Below are positions 1-9,282 of a stretch of DNA of 64,000 nt, piece by piece. Below the pieces are notes generated by a model that did not search any database, was not told the DNA's origin, and saw only the letters and a list, made by a program, of their open reading frames with translations. Position 1 is the stretch's first letter. Each line of letters opens with the position of its first letter. A program made the translations under genes and the position numbers. The DNA comes from an uncultured Acidobacteriota bacterium. GTDB taxonomy: Bacteria > Actinomycetota > Acidimicrobiia > Spongiisociales > ZC4RG35. Location of the stretch: the NCBI GenBank assembly GCA_963828465.1, contig CAWHEU010000027.1, forward strand, positions 9,309-73,308, given 5' to 3'.

Positions 1-540
1 TGGGAGAAGGGCTCCCGTGCTGGAGCCGGCGATGCCCTCGAATTCGATGACGATCTCCGCCGCACCGCCAGGAACCCCGGCGATCTCGGTCTCACCCGCA
101 TAGACAGGCTTTCCCCCTGCCACGGGAAATGTGGCCACCGCCACTCCCCCGGTGTTGTTCATCAGGATCCGCACCGGGGCCCGGCCATCGGACAGGGTCA
201 ACAATCCTCGTTCCAGGGCGAAAGGGCCGACCGCAGCCAGCATGTTCCCGCAATTCTGTTTGTCGGTGATCTCGGGGCGGTCTACCGACACCTGGAGGAA
301 GAGATACTCGATGTCGATGTCGTCCCGCCCGGAAGGACCAACCACCGCGACCTTGGTGGTGAGCGGATGGGCCCCACCTACGCCATCGATCTGCCTCGGG
401 TCCGGCGAGCCCATGATCCGGAGCAGCAACGCGTCGCGGTCGGCTTCATTGGATGGGAGATCGTCGGCCAGGAAGAACGCCCCTTTCGACGTGCCGCCGC
501 GCATCAACATGCAAGGAATGCCGGGAGGGTCGGAGCTCAT
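1..540 (-). CDS. galD: PrpF/FldA-family 4-oxalomesaconate tautomerase, 3' end runs off the window
   Basis: Not in ORF track. Manual translation from ATG at 540: MSSDPPGIPCMLMRGGTSKGAFF...GSPDPRQIDGVGGAHPLTTKVAVV...QNCGNMLAAVGPFA, carrying the PrpF-family MRGGTSKG and NCGN motifs. Adjacent to galB/galC. Confidence 0.9.
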   Translation of the reverse strand, partial: MSSDPPGIPCMLMRGGTSKGAFFLADDLPSNEADRDALLLRIMGSPDPRQIDGVGGAHPLTTKVAVVGPSGRDDIDIEYLFLQVSVDRPEITDKQNCGNMLAAVGPFALERGLLTLSDGRAPVRILMNNTGGVAVATFPVAGGKPVYAGETEIAGVPGGAAEIVIEFEGIAGSSTGALLP

Positions 541-597
541 GGGTCGAAGTTGCCTCGAATGCGAAGTTAGCCGTCGGGAGTCGCAGATAGGGTTGCC

Positions 598-1329
598 GTG
601 ATGACTCCGGAGTCGCTTCTGGTGATCAGCGCCCACGTCGGGGACTTCGTGTGGCGTGCTGGTGGTGCGATCGCCCTCTACGCGAACCGCGGGCACGACG
701 TCACCGTCGTATGTCTCGCCTATGGGGAGCGCGGGGAGTCTGCTCGATATTGGCGCCAGGGCATGGACCTGGCACAGGTCAAGGAAGCGCGCCATGCCGA
801 GGCGGAGGCCGCGGCCAAGGTCCTCGGCGCCGACCTACGCGCCTTCGATGCTGACGACTACCCCCTGGTCGAGACAGCCGAGCTGCTGGACCGCCTGGTG
901 AAGGCATATCGGGAGATCCAACCCACCGTAGTTCTCACCCACAATGATCGTGACCCGTGGAATCGCGATCACGAGACGGCACACTCGATCGCCACCCAGG
1001 CCCGCATCATCGCCCAGGCGGCGGGTTACGACCCGGGCACGAACGTGATAGGAGCGCCACCGGTGTTCCTCTTCGAGCCCCATCAGACCGAGTACTCGGG
1101 CTTCAAGCCCGACGTGCTGCTGGACATAACCGAGGTTTGGGATCAGAAGCTCGAAGCGATGCGGTGCATGGAAGGTCAGGAGCACCTCTGGGACTACTAC
1201 ACCGACGTCGCTACCAGACGCGGGGTGCAGGCCCAGCGCAACTCAGGCCCAAACCTCGGTCTGCTGAACGAGACCAAAGCCGAGGCCTACCAGCGGGTGT
1301 TCCCCCAGGTAGCCAGTGAGCTTGCCTGA
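598..1329 (+). CDS. galB: PIG-L-family 4-oxalomesaconate hydratase (GalB-like)
   Basis: ISAHVGDFVWRAGG, YGERGES, FLFEPHQTE and QEHLWDYY segments are typical of GalB; followed by galC. Confidence 0.88.
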   Translation: MMTPESLLVISAHVGDFVWRAGGAIALYANRGHDVTVVCLAYGERGESARYWRQGMDLAQVKEARHAEAEAAAKVLGADLRAFDADDYPLVETAELLDRLVKAYREIQPTVVLTHNDRDPWNRDHETAHSIATQARIIAQAAGYDPGTNVIGAPPVFLFEPHQTEYSGFKPDVLLDITEVWDQKLEAMRCMEGQEHLWDYYTDVATRRGVQAQRNSGPNLGLLNETKAEAYQRVFPQVASELA

Positions 1330-2017
1330 GATGCGAGATGGGATCGTGGTGCGAAGTGTGCCCCGGGTCGCCGCCGACATCGTGGCCGGATTGGGCTCTG
1401 CCGGGGTGGCCACAGTTCACGAGGCAGGTGCGAGCGGGCTCCTCGATCCGGGGATCAGGCCCATTCAGGAGGGGACGCGCATTGCCGGCTCTGCCGTGAC
1501 GGTCTCGTGCGCCCCGGGGGACAACATCATGATTCACGCCGCGGTCGAGGTCATCGAACCGGGGGACATCCTCGTGGTGGCAACGACCGCACCCTCGACG
1601 AACGGGATGTTCGGTGAGTTGCTCGCCACGTCGGTGATGGCCAGAGGGTGTGCAGGCGTGGTCGTCGATGCCGGTGTTCGTGACGTGTCAGATCTCCGGG
1701 AGATGGGTCTCCCCGTCTGGTCACGAGCGATCCACGCCTCGGGGACCGTGAAAGCCACGCCGGGATCGGTGAACGTGCCGATCGCATGCGGCAGTGCCAT
1801 CGTCGGCCCCGGCGATGTCGTGGTGGCCGACGACGACGGGGTGGTGATCGTGGAACGAGAGCGCGCTGCCGAGGTCCTGGAAGCGGCCCGCAAGCGTCTG
1901 GAGCGGGAGACGGAAGTCAGGGCCCGTCTTGCCGCCGGCGAGCTCGGTGTCGACTTCTACGGTTTCAGAGAGCGACTCGAGGGCTTGGGAGTGCGCTGGA
2001 TCGACGCTCCCGAGTAG
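1316..2017 (+). CDS. galC: 4-carboxy-4-hydroxy-2-oxoadipate/HMG aldolase (RraA-like; LigK/GalC)
   Basis: GVATVHEA, PGDNIMIHAA, GMFGELLA, DAGVRDV, GDVVVADDDGVV; overlaps galB end. Confidence 0.9.
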   Translation: MSLPEMRDGIVVRSVPRVAADIVAGLGSAGVATVHEAGASGLLDPGIRPIQEGTRIAGSAVTVSCAPGDNIMIHAAVEVIEPGDILVVATTAPSTNGMFGELLATSVMARGCAGVVVDAGVRDVSDLREMGLPVWSRAIHASGTVKATPGSVNVPIACGSAIVGPGDVVVADDDGVVIVERERAAEVLEAARKRLERETEVRARLAAGELGVDFYGFRERLEGLGVRWIDAPE

Positions 2018-2021
2018 CCAT

Positions 2022-3558
2022 TCACACAGCTTTCTCGCGCAGCCTGAACCGTTGGATCTTTCCCGTCGCCGTCCGCGGGAAGTCCTCGACATATTCGATG
2101 ACATGGGGGAACTGGTAGCGCTGCAGCTCGTCCTTGCACCACGCTTGTAGCTCGGCGTCGAGGTCACCGCCGGCATCGACACCTTCGGCGAGGATCACTA
2201 CGGCCTTTATCCGGGACATGTGCTCGATGTCGACCGCCACCACCGCCGCTTCCCGCACCGAAGGGTGCTCCATCAGCCGGTTCTCGATCTCGATCGGGCT
2301 CACCCACAGCCCGCCGACCTTCATCATGTCGTCGACCCGTCCCTCGTACCAGAAATAGTCGTCGTCGTCCTGCCGATACCTGTCACCTGTGAGAAACCAG
2401 TCACCGCGGATCTTGTCCCGGCTTCGCTGGTACTGGTGCCAGTAGGTGGTGAGGGCGCTCGGCCCCCGAACCCACATCTCGCCCGCCTCTCCTACCGGGC
2501 ACAGAGCGCCCTCCGGGTCACGGACTTCCATCTCATATCCGTCGACCGGCGTGCCCGACGTGCCCGGCCTCACCGCCCCGGCCCGGTTGGAGCAATAGAT
2601 GTGAAGCATCTCGGTCGAGCCCACGCCGTCGAGGATCTCGATCCCGGTGCGATCGTGGAAGCGCCGCCATATCTCGGGGGGAAGCGGCTCGGCTGCCGAG
2701 ATGCCGAGACGGACGGAGGACCAATCGGTCTCGCCGAATTCGGGGTGGGCGAGGATGGCGTTGTAGAGGGCCGGCACCGAGAAGTAGAGCGAAGGTCGAT
2801 GAGTGCGAACCCGCTCCAGGAGACGATCCGGCGTGGGTCGACCGGTCGGAGTAAACGGAGGTGGCTCCCGCCCACATCGGGAAGGTGAGGTTGTTTCCCA
2901 ATCCGTAGGCGTGAAACATCTTGGTGCTCGAGAACACCACATCGCCCGGCCCGATCCCGAGTACCGGACCGGCGTAGTTGGTGCAGGTGGCCGCCACGTC
3001 GGCGTGCCGGTGGACAACGCCTTTTGGCCTCCCGGTCGATCCCGAGCTGTAAAGCCAAAAAGCCATGTCGTCGGGATGCGTAGGCACCGGATCGACTTCA
3101 TCCGCCGCATCCTCGAGCCAGGTGTCGAAAGACCCGGCGCCGTCCGGCGCATCGCCATTGGCCACGACCAAACGAACCGATGATCGTGCCGTCACCTGGG
3201 GCTCCACCACGTCGAGAAACCCGGCGTCGACGATGGCTATCGACGCGTAAGAATCATCGAGGAAATATCCGAAGTCGTCGGGCCGCGCCAGGAAGTTGAC
3301 CGGAACCGGCACCGCCCCGATCCGCATCGCCCCGAGAAAGGCGGCCGGAAAGGCGGGGGTGTCGTCGAGGACCAGCAAGACCCGGTCCTCCCTTCCGATC
3401 CCCGTGTCCCGAAGTCGCGCGGCGATGACAGCCACCGCCCGGTGGAGACGTCCGGCCGACCAGGCGACGTCATCGGCAGTGACCAGGATGGTGTCGTCCT
3501 CCCGGCCCTCCTCCATCCACCCATCGACCAGGGTGCTGATGTTTGCGTTCGTCTGCAT
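2022..3558 (-). CDS. Benzoate-CoA ligase family acyl-CoA synthetase (one frameshift near 2845)
   Basis: FWLYSSGSTGRPKGVVH and KMFHAYGLGN in ORF 2533..3597; SAAEPLP, DGVGSTEMLHIY, TGD, GRVDDMMKVGG and PRTATGKIQRF in ORF 2022..3158. The two halves join with one indel. Confidence 0.82.
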
Positions 3559-3595
3559 GTCGCGTGCCACTCCCGACCGGGCGAGACTATCGGTC

Positions 3596-4384
3596 ATGCC
3601 CGATGCAGGTGCCCCCTTTGAGAGCAGCTTTTCCTGGACCGGGGAGTCGTTCGAATACCGGATCTACCCGCCTGACGGCAGAAACCCGCTGATCTTCCTC
3701 CACGACGGACTGGGGAGCATCGGCACATGGAAGGATCTGCCGCGGGATGTGGCCGCGGCCACGGAGCGCCCGGGAATCGTGTACAGCCGGCCCGGGCATG
3801 GTTGGTCGGAACCGCTCAGAAAGCCCCGGACGACGAAGTTCATGCACCACGAGGCGTTGTCGACTCTCTTCTACTTCATCCGCGAACTGGAGGGCTCCAA
3901 TCTGGTGCTCATCGGTCACTCCGATGGAGCCTCCATCTCATTGATCTTCAGCGGCCAGTACCAATGGGCCTCAGGTCTGGTGCTGATCGCCCCACACGTC
4001 TTCGTGGAGCCGGAGACGATCGCCGGGATCGAAGAGACTGTGAGACGGTTCGAGACCACGGACCTGCCCCAACGGATGGCCAAGTACCACCGGGACCCGG
4101 AGGCGACTTTCAAGGCGTGGAGCGAGATCTGGCTCGACCCGAACTTCCGCGACTGGAACATCGAAGGCTCTCTGCCGAAGGTTCACTGCCCCGTACTGCT
4201 CATCCAGTCTCTCGACGACGAGTACGGGACCTTGGCCCAGCTGGATGCGATCGAGCGAGGGGTTAGGGGGCCCGTCGAGCGGCTCGTGCTCCCTGACGGT
4301 GGTCACGCCCCACATCTCGCCCACCGCGAAAAGGTGACCGACGCAATCATCCAGTTTGTGAAGCGCTTAGGTCCAGGCTTCTGA
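3596..4384 (+). CDS. Alpha/beta hydrolase
   Basis: LHDGLGS, nucleophile GHSDG, DDEYG and GGHAPH; likely start is ATG 3596 inside ORF 3296..4384. Confidence 0.85.
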   Translation: MPDAGAPFESSFSWTGESFEYRIYPPDGRNPLIFLHDGLGSIGTWKDLPRDVAAATERPGIVYSRPGHGWSEPLRKPRTTKFMHHEALSTLFYFIRELEGSNLVLIGHSDGASISLIFSGQYQWASGLVLIAPHVFVEPETIAGIEETVRRFETTDLPQRMAKYHRDPEATFKAWSEIWLDPNFRDWNIEGSLPKVHCPVLLIQSLDDEYGTLAQLDAIERGVRGPVERLVLPDGGHAPHLAHREKVTDAIIQFVKRLGPGF

Positions 4385-6299
4385 GGAACTGGGCGTTGAT
4401 GGCGACCACGATGGTGGAGACACTCATCAAGATGGCCGATGCGGCCGGACCCAGGACGATGCCGGCCCAGGCCAGGGCACCGGCGGCCAGAGGTATCGCC
4501 GCCACGTTGTACCCGGCGGCCCAGACCAGGTTCTGCAGCATCTTCCGATAGCCCGCCGAAGATAGGCGCCGGATGGCGACAACCGCCCTCGGATCGTCCG
4601 AGGCGAGCACGATCCCGGCCGATTCGATGGCGACGTCGGTACCCGCACCGATGGCGATGCCGACATCTGCCTGAGCCAGGGCCGGGGCGTCGTTGACCCC
4701 GTCGCCAACCATTGCCACCGTCAAACCCCGATCCTGAAGCTCCGCCACCTTGGAATGCTTTTCCTCGGGCAGGACCTCCGCCAGGACCTCGTCGATGCCC
4801 AGCTCGGCCGCAACGGAGGCAGCGACTTGGTGGGCGTCACCGGTGATCATCCCCACACGGACCCCAAGTTGATGCAGTTGGTCTACCGCCTGGCGTGACT
4901 CGGGTCGTATCTCATCCTCCAACGAGATCGCCCCCGTCACCTCGTTGTCGCGGATGACGTAGAGCACCGCAGCGCCCCTCTCCTCCCAGCCGGAGACTGT
5001 CTTCTCGAGATCGGGCGACAGCTCGAGCCCTCTCTCCCTCAGCAGAGTCGGGCCGCCCACCGCCACCGAAGCGCCATCCACCGTCGCCTCCACTCCCCGC
5101 CCACTCATGGAGCGAAACCCGGTGGCAGCGGTTACCGGGCCACGTGCGGCGGCGGCGGCAACGATCGCCCTGGCCAGGGGATGTTCCGAGTCGGCTTCCA
5201 CCGCCGCTGCCAAGGCCAGCACCTTCTCGGCGTCCCCATCGATGGCGGCCACGTCAACCACAACGTGGCTGCCCCGGGTCAGTGTCCCGGTCTTGTCGAA
5301 GAGCACGACGTCGACCGTTCGCATGCGCTCGAGTGCCAGACGATCCTTCACCAGGATCCCGTTGCGGGCGGCCAACCCGGTGGAGATGGAGATGACCAGG
5401 GGGATAGCGAGCCCGAGGGCGTGGGGGCAGGCGATCACGAGGACCGAGACGGTGCGGGTGACCGCGTCCTCGGGTTGCCCGAGGGCCCACCAGACGATGG
5501 CGGTGATCGCAGCCGCCCCAACCGCCACGTAGAAGAGCAGTGCCGCTGCCCGGTCGGCCAGGACCTGGGCCCGAGAGCGGGACAGCTGTGCCTCTGCCAC
5601 GAGTCTCTGGATCCCGGCCAGGGCGGTGTCGTCACCGACGGCAGTCACCTCGACCCGGATCGCCGAGTCTGTGGCGACGGTTCCAGCGACCACATTGTCG
5701 CCGATTCCCTTGGGCACTGGCTTCGACTCGCCGGTCACCATCGACTCGTCCATCTCGGCGCCACCGGTTGTGATCACACCGTCGGCCGGGACCCGTGCAC
5801 CCGGGCGGACCAATACGAGGTCACCGACGGCGAGCGAGGCGATCGGGACGGTTTCGGGCTCACCGTCGATGATCCGCTCCGCCTCGTCGGGAAGCAGCTC
5901 GGCCAAAGCAGCGAGGGCGCCACGTGCCTGGCCGATCGCTCTCATCTCCATCCAGTGGCCGAGGAGCATGATCGTGATCAAGGCGGCCAGCTCCCACCAG
6001 AAGTCGAGATCGAACCAGCCGATAGTCGTCGCCAGCGAGGCCAGATAGGCGACCGTTATCGCCATGCCGATGAGCAACATCATCCCCGGCTGCCGGTCCC
6101 GCACCTCCTGGACCGCGCCGCGCAGGAAGGGCATCCCGCCGTAGATGAAGATCACGGTGCCGAGCACAGGGGCGACCCACTCCGAGCCGGGAAATGCGGG
6201 AGCCGTGTACCCGAACCACTCCTGGATCATCGGGCTGTAGAAGACGATGGGGATGGTCAGGGCGAGGGACAGCCAAAAACGGTCCCGGAACATGGCCAC
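4347..6299 (-). CDS. copB: Copper-translocating P1B-type ATPase (CopB-like, CPH motif); His-rich N-terminus probably extends to about 6431
   Basis: TGES, ACPHALGLA, DKTGTLT, SEHPLA, MVGDGVNDAPAL, YN and MSVST motifs; directly downstream of csoR. Confidence 0.92.
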   Translation of the reverse strand: MAMFRDRFWLSLALTIPIVFYSPMIQEWFGYTAPAFPGSEWVAPVLGTVIFIYGGMPFLRGAVQEVRDRQPGMMLLIGMAITVAYLASLATTIGWFDLDFWWELAALITIMLLGHWMEMRAIGQARGALAALAELLPDEAERIIDGEPETVPIASLAVGDLVLVRPGARVPADGVITTGGAEMDESMVTGESKPVPKGIGDNVVAGTVATDSAIRVEVTAVGDDTALAGIQRLVAEAQLSRSRAQVLADRAAALLFYVAVGAAAITAIVWWALGQPEDAVTRTVSVLVIACPHALGLAIPLVISISTGLAARNGILVKDRLALERMRTVDVVLFDKTGTLTRGSHVVVDVAAIDGDAEKVLALAAAVEADSEHPLARAIVAAAAARGPVTAATGFRSMSGRGVEATVDGASVAVGGPTLLRERGLELSPDLEKTVSGWEERGAAVLYVIRDNEVTGAISLEDEIRPESRQAVDQLHQLGVRVGMITGDAHQVAASVAAELGIDEVLAEVLPEEKHSKVAELQDRGLTVAMVGDGVNDAPALAQADVGIAIGAGTDVAIESAGIVLASDDPRAVVAIRRLSSAGYRKMLQNLVWAAGYNVAAIPLAAGALAWAGIVLGPAASAILMSVSTIVVAINAQFLRSLDLSASQTG

Positions 6300-6427
6300 G
6301 CTGTGCCCGGCGTGTTTGTCATGACCGGCATGCTGTCATGGCCAGCTGATATGCAGTGCTGCTGGTGACCGGCATGCTGATCATGACCAGCGTGAGTGCT
6401 GGTGATCGGCGTGGTGCTGGTGCTGAG

Positions 6428-6712
6428 TTATGACCTCACCAATCGTTCGATCGCCCGGGTGGCCTCGGCAATCATCCTGTCGGCGGAGGCGGCGTCGCCG
6501 GCCACGGACGCCTCCTTGACGCAATGACGGACGTGCTCGTCGAGCAGCCCGACAGCCACGGCGCGCAATGCCGAAGAGGCGGCATTGACCTGGGTGAGGA
6601 CGTCGATGCAGTACGTGTCATCGGAGATCATTCGCTGCAACCCTCTCACCTGGCCCTCGATCCTGGCGAGACGATTCAGGTACTCGTCCTTGTTCAGCGT
6701 GTAACCGCGCAT
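6428..6712 (-). CDS. csoR: CsoR/RicR copper-sensing repressor
   Basis: RLARIEGQVRGL, YCIDVLTQ, EHVRHCV (Cys-His-Cys Cu(I) ligand pattern); AGGAGG RBS upstream. Confidence 0.93.
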   Translation of the reverse strand: MRGYTLNKDEYLNRLARIEGQVRGLQRMISDDTYCIDVLTQVNAASSALRAVAVGLLDEHVRHCVKEASVAGDAASADRMIAEATRAIERLVRS

Positions 6713-6725
6713 CGGAGCCTCCTGA

Positions 6726-6742
6726 ATACCTTAGGGGGGTAT
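6726..6742. promoter_or_regulatory. CsoR operator
   Basis: ATACC-ttagggg-GGTAT: inverted repeat around a G-tract just upstream of csoR, matching the TACC...GGTA CsoR operator style; overlaps a TACCAT -10-like hexamer on the minus strand. Confidence 0.8.
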
Positions 6743-6780
6743 GGTACCAGGGCGGGAAGGCCCACGCCTACCCCGGCTTC

Positions 6781-7107
6781 TCAGTCCAGGTGAAACACCT
6801 CGACGAGCTCTTCCATCATGGTGTCCGCCGCCTCACCCGTTCCCTCGAAGAATGGCGCCATCTCGGCCTGCCAGCGCTCATTGACCTCCTCGCGTGACAT
6901 GCCTTCGAGAGCGGCCGCGAATGAATCGGGGGTCTCGAAGTATCCAAAGAGGGTTCCGTCCGAGCGCATGAAGAGGGTGTAGTTGTGCCATCCGGTGCGG
7001 CTCAATGCATCGAGCATCTCCGGCCAGACCTCCTCGTGCCGTCGTCTGTACTCCGGGATCAGCTCCGGTTTGACCTTGAGCACGAATCCGATTCTCCGCA
7101 CGACCAC
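6781..7107 (-). CDS. rhaM: L-rhamnose mutarotase
   Basis: EYRRRHEEVWPEM, GWHNYTLF, LFGYFE, WQAEMAPFF, EVFHLD; last gene of the rha operon. Confidence 0.9.
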   Translation of the reverse strand: MVVRRIGFVLKVKPELIPEYRRRHEEVWPEMLDALSRTGWHNYTLFMRSDGTLFGYFETPDSFAAALEGMSREEVNERWQAEMAPFFEGTGEAADTMMEELVEVFHLD

Positions 7108-7110
7108 CCC

Positions 7111-7869
7111 CTAGGCGAGGCTCACCACTTCCCGGTAGGACGTGAGCCTTTCGTCCTCAGGGTCGAGATCCGTCACGAGCAGGTCTATGTCGATCAGATC
7201 GAACATCCTCGCCTGGGCCCTGGTCTCCAGCTTGCTGTGATCCACGGCGAGAATGATTCGGCTGCTGGTGGCGGCAAAAGCCCGCTTCACCTCTGATTCG
7301 GCCAGGCTGGCCTCCGAAGAGCCGACCTCATGGTCGAGTGCGGCCGCCGAGCAGACGAACACGTCATAGAGGAAGCCCTGAGCCGCTCGGGCGGCTATCG
7401 GGCCGACGAGGCTCCCCGTGCGCGGCTCCTGTGTGCCGCCGGTGAGGGAGGCGGTGATGCCCGGCTTGCCCACAGCCGCATGGAAGGTGTCGAGGCCGTT
7501 GGTCACGATGACCAGATCGCGGGCCATCTCCAAGGAGGCGGCGAGACGATGAACCGTGGTCGAGGCATCGAAGGCGACCGTCCCCACCGCCGGGATCAGA
7601 TCGATGAGCTTCTCGGCGATCCGGCCCTTGGCCCGGGCGTTGTGCCGATGGCGCTGTGCGAATGGCTCCGGGCCGAGGGCGATGGCGCCACCTCTCACCC
7701 GTCGAGCGATGCCCAGGGCCTCCAACTCATCGAGGTCGCGGCGGATCGTCATCTCGCTCACCCCGAAGTCGGCGGCCAGTTGATCGATTCGGACCGCCCC
7801 GCGCTCTGAAATCAGGTCCTTGACCTCGCCCAGACGCTCTTCCGGGCTGTTGAACGTGCGGCGGCTCAC
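7111..7869 (-). CDS. DeoR/GlpR-family regulator of the rhamnose operon
   Basis: HTH FGVSEMTIRRDLDELE, DASTT, AVDHSK; embedded in rha operon. Confidence 0.88.
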   Translation of the reverse strand: MSRRTFNSPEERLGEVKDLISERGAVRIDQLAADFGVSEMTIRRDLDELEALGIARRVRGGAIALGPEPFAQRHRHNARAKGRIAEKLIDLIPAVGTVAFDASTTVHRLAASLEMARDLVIVTNGLDTFHAAVGKPGITASLTGGTQEPRTGSLVGPIAARAAQGFLYDVFVCSAAALDHEVGSSEASLAESEVKRAFAATSSRIILAVDHSKLETRAQARMFDLIDIDLLVTDLDPEDERLTSYREVVSLA

Positions 7870-9282
7870 TCCGCCTCCCCATCGCGATTCCGACCTGAAT
7901 TCAAGCCGCCGGAAACGTTCCCCGCCCGCACCGGATCTGTGACGTCACCCGCTCCCAGCCACTGGCGAGCCTGCTCGAGACCTTCGAACGCTCCGATGGC
8001 CAGACCCTGGACGATGGCATTGCCCAAGGCGGTGGCCTCCTGCGAGCCCCTGACCACCGGGAGCCCGGTTCGCCGGCTCAAGAGCTCGTGGAGCAGTGGC
8101 ACCCGCGCCCCGCCACCGACCACCGCGATCCGGGCCGGGTCTTCACCGGTGATCTCCGTCAACTCCTCGACGACAGCGCCGATGCCGCCGACGATCGACT
8201 CGATGACACTTCTCGCGATGACACTGCGGGGTGTGCCGGGTGGCAGGTCGGCTGCTTCCTGCACTTCGCGCAACATGTCGGCCGGGCTGACGAATCGATG
8301 ATCCCCGGCATCGAAGGTCGGGACCGGTCCTTCCAGAGACGCCGCCTCCTCGAGCAGCATCCCGATGGGAGGCCCGCCCCAAGCCTGGCGGCACTGCTCC
8401 AGGATCCACAGGCCAACCACGTTCTTGAGGAATCGGATACCACCCAGGGCCCCGGCTTCGTTGGAGAAGTTGGCCTCCCGTGCCCGCGAAGACGTGTCCG
8501 GACCGGGGCGTTCCATCCCCACCAGGACCCAGGTCCCGGCCGAGACGAAGACGGTTCCTGGACTGGTCCCACCGGGCATCCCCAGGAATGCGGACGCCGT
8601 GTCATGGCTGCCCACCAGGTGTACCGGGATCCCCCGCCATGTTCCGGCCGGGGTCCCGGCGCCGACTACAGGAGGGAATAGTGACGGGTCCAGACGACAG
8701 GTCAGCGACCAGGTCGGCGGCCCATTCTCCGGTTCGTATGTCCATGAGTGCAGTGGTCGAGACGTTGGAGCGCTCAGCCGCCACCTGCCCGGTGAGGTGA
8801 TGGACGAGAAGGTCGGGAAGGAGGAGGATCCGGGAAGCTCGTGCCAGCTCGCCGGGGTCGTGCACCGCCAGCTGGAAGATCGTGTTGATCGCCATCATCT
8901 GGACTCCGGTGCGCTCGTAGAGACGCTCCAGCCCAATTCGCTCGGCCGTGGATTGCCATCCTTCGGTTCTCGAGTCCCGGTACGAGAACGGGAGATCGAC
9001 AAGTCGCCCGGTCCCATCGATCAGCCCGTAGTCGATGCCCCAGCCGTCGATACCGATCGAAGCAACCTCCCCGGTGGCGAGGCCCTGCTCCAGGCCGGCC
9101 TCGACCTCCGAGACGATCCGGGGCCAGTCCCAACGCAGGGACCCGTCCGCCACCCTGATCGGAGAGTGTTCCCACCGATGGAGGATCTCTACCGACGGCT
9201 CATCCGCCGACATGTCGACTGCGGCAACGCGGACGGAGGTGGCTCCGAGATCCACCGCCAGGACCCGGAACGGGCCGCTCAC
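7866..9282 (-). CDS. rhaB: Rhamnulokinase (FGGY family; frameshift near 8695)
   Basis: LAVDLGATSVR, GIDGWGIDYGL, YRDSRT in 8602..9282; GSHDTASA, SAGTWVLVG, FSNEAG, FLKNVVGLW, VVGGG, EATALGN in 7866..8615. Confidence 0.87.

Noticed and set aside
131-601. 156-aa plus-strand ORF
   Set aside because: Antisense shadow of galD, which has clear motifs on the minus strand.
4347-4384. 38-bp convergent overlap of hydrolase and copB
   Set aside because: Short convergent overlaps recur in this compact genome (20001-20017, 28503-28513, 49402-49405).
5181-6368. 395-aa plus-strand ORF and similar long antisense ORFs (13156..14295, 21715..22932, 31448..32761, 34230..35525, 60910..62244)
   Set aside because: They mirror well-supported genes; stop-poor reverse frames are expected at this GC content and show no motifs.
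6300-6431. CRISPR-like or non-coding repeat
   Set aside because: Units are short, degenerate, spacer-free and encode His-rich peptide.
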